Assembly (NCBI GenBank): GCA_002269645.1
Contig: NIVC01002715.1
Span: forward strand, 1-36,786
Length of the DNA: 36,786 nucleotides
Source: Macrostomum lignano
Lineage: Eukaryota
Direction of reading: 5' to 3'
This document shows positions 32,577-36,786 of this stretch, piece after piece. The position numbers were made by a program, and so were the translations under genes. Below the pieces are notes generated by a model. The model was not told the origin of the DNA. It made no database searches and saw nothing but the letters and a program-made list of their open reading frames with translations. Numbering within the stretch: position 1 is the first letter of the stretch; each line of letters starts with the position of its first letter.

Positions 32577-33228
32577 AAGAGCTGGGGGTAGAGAGAGCGC
32601 TTGAGTCGGGAAGGGCATGAGCAAGTGTGGATTTGAGTAAGTACAGTTTTTTATTCCCTAAAGAGTTGCGCACAAGAGAGATTCTCATTCTTCAGAGAGC
32701 TAAGAGCAGAAAATGAAAAAAAAGTCAACCGCTTCACCGCCATTAGCATGCATGGACTGCTTGGGATTCCTTGATTGATATTGATTATTGGCCAAATTGC
32801 GAGGCCAGTTGGCCCGCCGAGTTGGCCTCGGCCCGCCGATTTGGCCTCGGAATGTGGCCCGCCTTTGTTGGTCTATACGGTATGAAGATATGGGGGGGGT
32901 AGAGAGGGGCGCTTGAGTCGGGAAGGGTTTAACTATTATTCTCAACCCTGGCCAAACGCGACAGCTGCATTTGAAATGTTGAGAAGCAGAAGGGGGGTGG
33001 GGTAACTGCTATTGCTGAGGGGGGGGGGCGTAGCCCTCTAATCGATTTTGCGAATGTACAAGTTCCACGTGTGCATTCCTTTCCGCTTTGACAACCGGAG
33101 GGAAGGAAGCGGGTGGAGGGAATTGATCGCTCGGAAGCTAGTTAAAGCAAGCAAGAAAATTCAGCTCATTTTGCTCGCACACGTTCTTCGTCGCGCAATA
33201 CTGCACCGTTGTGGCTGCTGATTTCATT

Positions 33229-33616
33229 ATGTTGTAAGTTTATTCATTTTTTACTTACTGAAATTCTATACTGTGTTAAGAATTGAAAAATCTCTTATTT
33301 TGATTAAATCTTTGTTTTTAGTTCACAAAAAATTACGTTCTACTCGACCGACCTAGAAAATCTCCATGGTCGCCTTGTTGAAGGATTAGATGCCAACGAA
33401 CCGGCATCAGAGAGAATTCAAGAAGTTCTCCATCATTTCTTCAATGAAAAAGTTGAGAACCAGCGAATTTGTTCAAGAGCGGCCATGGAGACCCAGGATA
33501 ACAACTACGCCATGAGAACCGAAATGGTGTTTGACGAACTTCGCCGATCATTTGTTGCTGATGAAGATTCACTTCTTAGTTATCAACAAATTTTTTCCAG
33601 GATTTTATCAATGTAA
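33229..33616 (+). CDS. Putative spliced 99-aa hypothetical viral gene (exons 33229-33233 and 33322-33616)
   Basis: ATGTT|GTAAGT ... TTTTTAG|T gives an 88-nt intron and exactly 300 nt of CDS: MFSQKITFYSTDLENLHGRLVEG...QQIFSRILSM*. Confidence 0.5.
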
Positions 33617-34157
33617 GCTACTGATAGTAGTCTTCTAAACACTTTCCTGGATCTCCAAGATTTTTTTCCAGGATTTTTTTTAAACTCGTGCCAATTCCTG
33701 ACAATACAGGAATTCCTGACAATACAGGAAAGTCTTTTACTGGATTTTTTCCAGGATTTTATCAATGTAAGCTACTCATAGTAGTCTTCTAAACGCTTTC
33801 CTGTATCTCCAAGATTTTTTTTAAACTCGTGCCAATTCCTGACAATACAGGAATTCCTGACAATACAGGAAAGTCTTTTACTGGATTTTTTTCCAGGATT
33901 TTATCAATGTAAGCTACTCATAGTAGTCTTCTAAACACTTTCCTGTATCTCCAGGAATTTTTTAAAACTCGTGTCAATTCCTGACAATACAGGAATTCCT
34001 GACAATACAGGAAAGTCTTTTACTGGATTTTTTTCCAGGATTTTATCAATGTAAGCTACTCATAGTAGTCTTCTAAACACTTTCCTGTATCTCCAGGATT
34101 TTTTTTAAACTCGTGCCAATTCCTGACAATACAGGAATTCCTGACAATACAGGAAAG
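33591..34157. repeat. ~142-154 bp tandem repeat x4, each with a nested 18-bp duplication and the palindrome CAGGAATTCCTG
   Basis: CCAGGATTTTATCAATGTAAGC recurs at 33597, 33751, 33893 and 34035. Confidence 0.92.
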
Positions 34158-34489
34158 TGCTGTTCACAAAATGACTGGGAGGAAAATCAATATTATTCTG
34201 GATCCGAAGAATATCGATTTTGGATTGTGTGAGGATCTACAATATCTTGTTCTTTCTCTACCTTATTCATTTCCAGCCTTGCAACTAAGCTTGCGCGTCG
34301 CGGACCAGCATTAGCTGGGGTAATTGGGGGTGTGTGGCGACTCCCCCAGTCCTTGGACTGAACAGCCGTACGCAGCCTTCAGATCTGCTCTTTCCTCCTT
34401 TCCTTTCCTTTGTTTTATGTAAATATACTTGTGAATAAATGAACTCAGTATGTTTTTTAGTAAGCTTTTGTGTTTGCTTTTCGATTTCT

Positions 34490-34660
34490 TCTGTTGCTGG
34501 AGGACAGATGGTGGTAGAGAAACCAAATCCAGTGAAAAGAGTTGTATTGAGTAATAAGGAGATTCACGAGATTGTGCTACAGTTTGAGACTGAAGATGGG
34601 ATGGGTGTTGATTTCAACGGTGAAGAGTTTGTATTGACGTTGATCATTGAGAGAATGTAA
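34490..34660 (+). pseudogene. Duplicated 3' fragment of the penton gene
   Basis: SVAGGQMVVEKPNPV...GEEFVLTLIIERM* has the same peptide as the penton C-terminus, but no upstream penton sequence. Confidence 0.85.
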
Positions 34661-34664
34661 GAAA

Positions 34665-34904
34665 TCACAATTGCTTAATGATTTCTGCAAAGTTATAGTA
34701 GCTGTCATAATCTTTTACATAGGTTACTCCATACTTATGAAACCAATGTCTTTGGAGAGCTAGATTAATATTAGGGGCATTGATATCAACATCGGGCCAA
34801 TATTTTCTCATGTACTCGCTGCATTCTAGTTTGCATCGGTACTTACTCTTGTAATTAGGCTCGTGCGCTTTGTAATAAGAACCTGGAGAGACAACTGGAA
34901 ACAT
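34665..34904 (-). CDS. ORF79 copy 2 (right TIR)
   Basis: 76 of 79 residues identical to the 19577-19816 product. Confidence 0.65.
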   Translation of the reverse strand: MFPVVSPGSYYKAHEPNYKSKYRCKLECSEYMRKYWPDVDINAPNINLALQRHWFHKYGVTYVKDYDSYYNFAEIIKQL

Positions 34905-35505
34905 TTTTATTGAGAATTTAATTTTTTCAAAGGGTGAGGACTCTGCGCTGATGATTTAAAGTCTTAGGGATGTGGTAGCACGTTGCGGATTGAATGTGTG
35001 GAGAAGAATGCAGATTATTTTCTGATTGTTTTAGAAATGTTATGGGTGGATGTCAGTGGATTATGTCAGAGTCAGTGAACATAACAGGTATCAGTGGACA
35101 CCTGCTCTGATTCTGTCAGGGATAATATGGATGGATTTAATACGATTATGTTCGAAGTTTTCGGAGCAAGTGCGACCCCTCCACTTTTTCATGATTCTGT
35201 CGGGATAATATGGATGGATTTAATGGGATTATGGAGGACGTTTTGTGAGCGAGTGCGACCCCCCTTTTTTTCTGATTCTGTCAGGGATAATATAGATGGA
35301 TTTAATGGGATTATGGAGGAAGTGAAAAATTTTGTCCCAGAAGCCCCCTCATGCCTTCTACTCTAGAACTATATAACTTTTGATATTTCCCGGGCTAAAA
35401 CTACTAATAGTAACGTAAATTCATGTCTGAATTTTCGTCCTATCTTACGGGTTCCCATGTCGCAGAAATCCATCTCGACAACCTTGATCTCTTGAGTTCT
35501 CGACA

Positions 35506-36178
35506 ATGCCTGTCGTATGTACTGTAGTGTCAGACAGTCTTACGCCCGAGCACTGTAACCTGATTGCAGCTTCACTACCAGTTTGCTCCGTGCGAAACGC
35601 CAACGGCTTTGCGCTGAAAGAGGGCCACGGCTACATGGTAGACTGGGTCAACGTCCCGCCGCACGAGAGCTCGACTGACTTTTTCAAACGCCGACCGGAT
35701 CTCAGCAAGCACCTTGACCTAGTTAATGAGGAGAGAGAGTTGGCTACCGGTGAAGGTAGGCAGGCCCTGTACAATGGTGAGGGCGCGGTCCAGCTTATCA
35801 TTGTGTCCAAGGACGCCTGGTACAACAAAGGCATAAGCTCAACGCTGAGAAAAGTGGACACCGTCCATGATCTTATAAAAAACAACTGGAATTTGACGGA
35901 TGTAAGAACTCATTATTCTTATAGTCTCTATTTTATCCAATGCCTGGCATGATCCTGAACAAACTTTTACTCCAGTTCCTCTTGCTCAACTGGGGCAACC
36001 TGCAATACTGGCTTGGCGACTGGGCTACCTGGCCAAGGGCGAGAAAGTGTTCATACAGAGCGGCCACCCCGACGTGCTGATTGGCGTCTACCGGCATTTG
36101 CAAACTGGCAAGTTCTACGTGTGGAACGAGATGAAGACGGCCGAGCCAGAGAGTCTGCAGTCTGTGCAGTCTCGCTGG
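35506..36178 (+). CDS. Probable host gene of unknown function, at least two exons (35506-35901 and 35976-36178)
   Basis: 148-aa ORF with coding-like composition, donor GTAAGA at 35902, acceptor ACTCCAG at 35975 and a second donor GTAAGC at 36179. The longest frame of exon 2 needs a 1-nt correction. Confidence 0.4.
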
Positions 36179-36261
36179 GTAAGCGCATGGCCAAGGGTCG
36201 GCAAACTTTTTACCTCGATGTCCAGATAGAGAAACCAGCGCATGACTACGGGCCAGAGGGG

Positions 36262-36415
36262 GAAGAGGAGAGAGAAGAGAGATAGAAGAAGAGAGAATAA
36301 ATAAGAGGAGGTGAAGAAATCGAAGAGATGAGAGGAGTGAAGGGAGAGCAGAAGAGAGGACAGAAGAGAAGGAAAGCAGAGAGGAGATGGATGATTAGAG
36401 AGTAGGGAGCTGAGA
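36262..36415. repeat. GA-rich low-complexity tract
   Basis: Purine-only runs such as gaagaggagagagaagagagatagaagaag. Confidence 0.8.
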
Positions 36416-36786
36416 AGAGGCCACAAACCCTAAGCGGGCCGGATTTCTATTCTGAAGTTTCAAAGGACCTCTCTTGGATAGAGAGGCTTTGTGGGCCGCA
36501 TGTTGCCAATCGCCAATGCTGACTAATCCATGACAGAGAGAGAGCGTGGATCTTTCTCTATTAACTACAGATACCTGGGACAGCAACAGAGATCAAACTT
36601 ACCTATATTGGAAGCAAAATGTAGGCATCCACAGAGAGAAAGAGAGAGACTCAGAGAGCGGACAGGCAACAGTTCAGGCGGTTTTCAGACTAATAAATCT
36701 ATAATTTTTGCCTCATGGGAAGAGGAAGGTTGATGACAAACGTCTGTTAAAAATGATGAGTAATAGGAAGGTTACAGAATTTTCTA

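Larger units (their letters stand above)
17439..35362. mobile_element. Polinton/Maverick (adintovirus-type) endogenous virus, ~17.9 kb
   Basis: Inverted termini AGTAGACGGCATGAGGGGGCTTCTGGGACAAAATTTTTCAC and its near-perfect reverse complement ending at 35362. Internal genes for pPolB, integrase, ATPase, protease and major and minor capsid. Confidence 0.95.
34490..35362 (-). repeat. Right TIR (~870 bp): penton 3' fragment, ORF79 copy 2, ~3 copies of the 82-bp unit
   Basis: Reverse-complement match to the left end. Confidence 0.88.

Noticed and set aside
36115-36733. ORFs over the GA-rich tract and the window end
   Set aside because: Low-complexity translations with no family motifs.

Overview
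Eukaryotic (invertebrate-like, intron-containing) genomic DNA. I cannot identify the host; the gene style suggests a flatworm or other lophotrochozoan, but that is a guess. The window has two main parts. (1) About 4.9-14.5 kb is an innate-immunity-like cluster among tandem repeats. It contains a small ankyrin gene with kB-like sites and a TATA box, a RING-less TRAF gene, and a spliced gene joining about 22 ankyrin repeats to a catalytically intact-looking cGAS/Mab-21 nucleotidyltransferase (ANK-cGLR). (2) About 17.44-35.36 kb is a ~17.9 kb Polinton/Maverick (adintovirus-type) endogenous virus with AGTAG termini and long TIRs. It has a full gene set: penton, major capsid, packaging ATPase, adenain protease, protein-primed PolB, DDE integrase, PLA2X, gasderminX-like and pX-like proteins. 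Most viral genes are split by 1-2 nt indels, often in homopolymers, so several (protease, integrase, PLA2X N-terminus, pX) are missing or fragmentary in the ORF track. This pattern fits long-read consensus error at least as well as real decay. Family assignments come from motif recognition by eye; no database searches were run.
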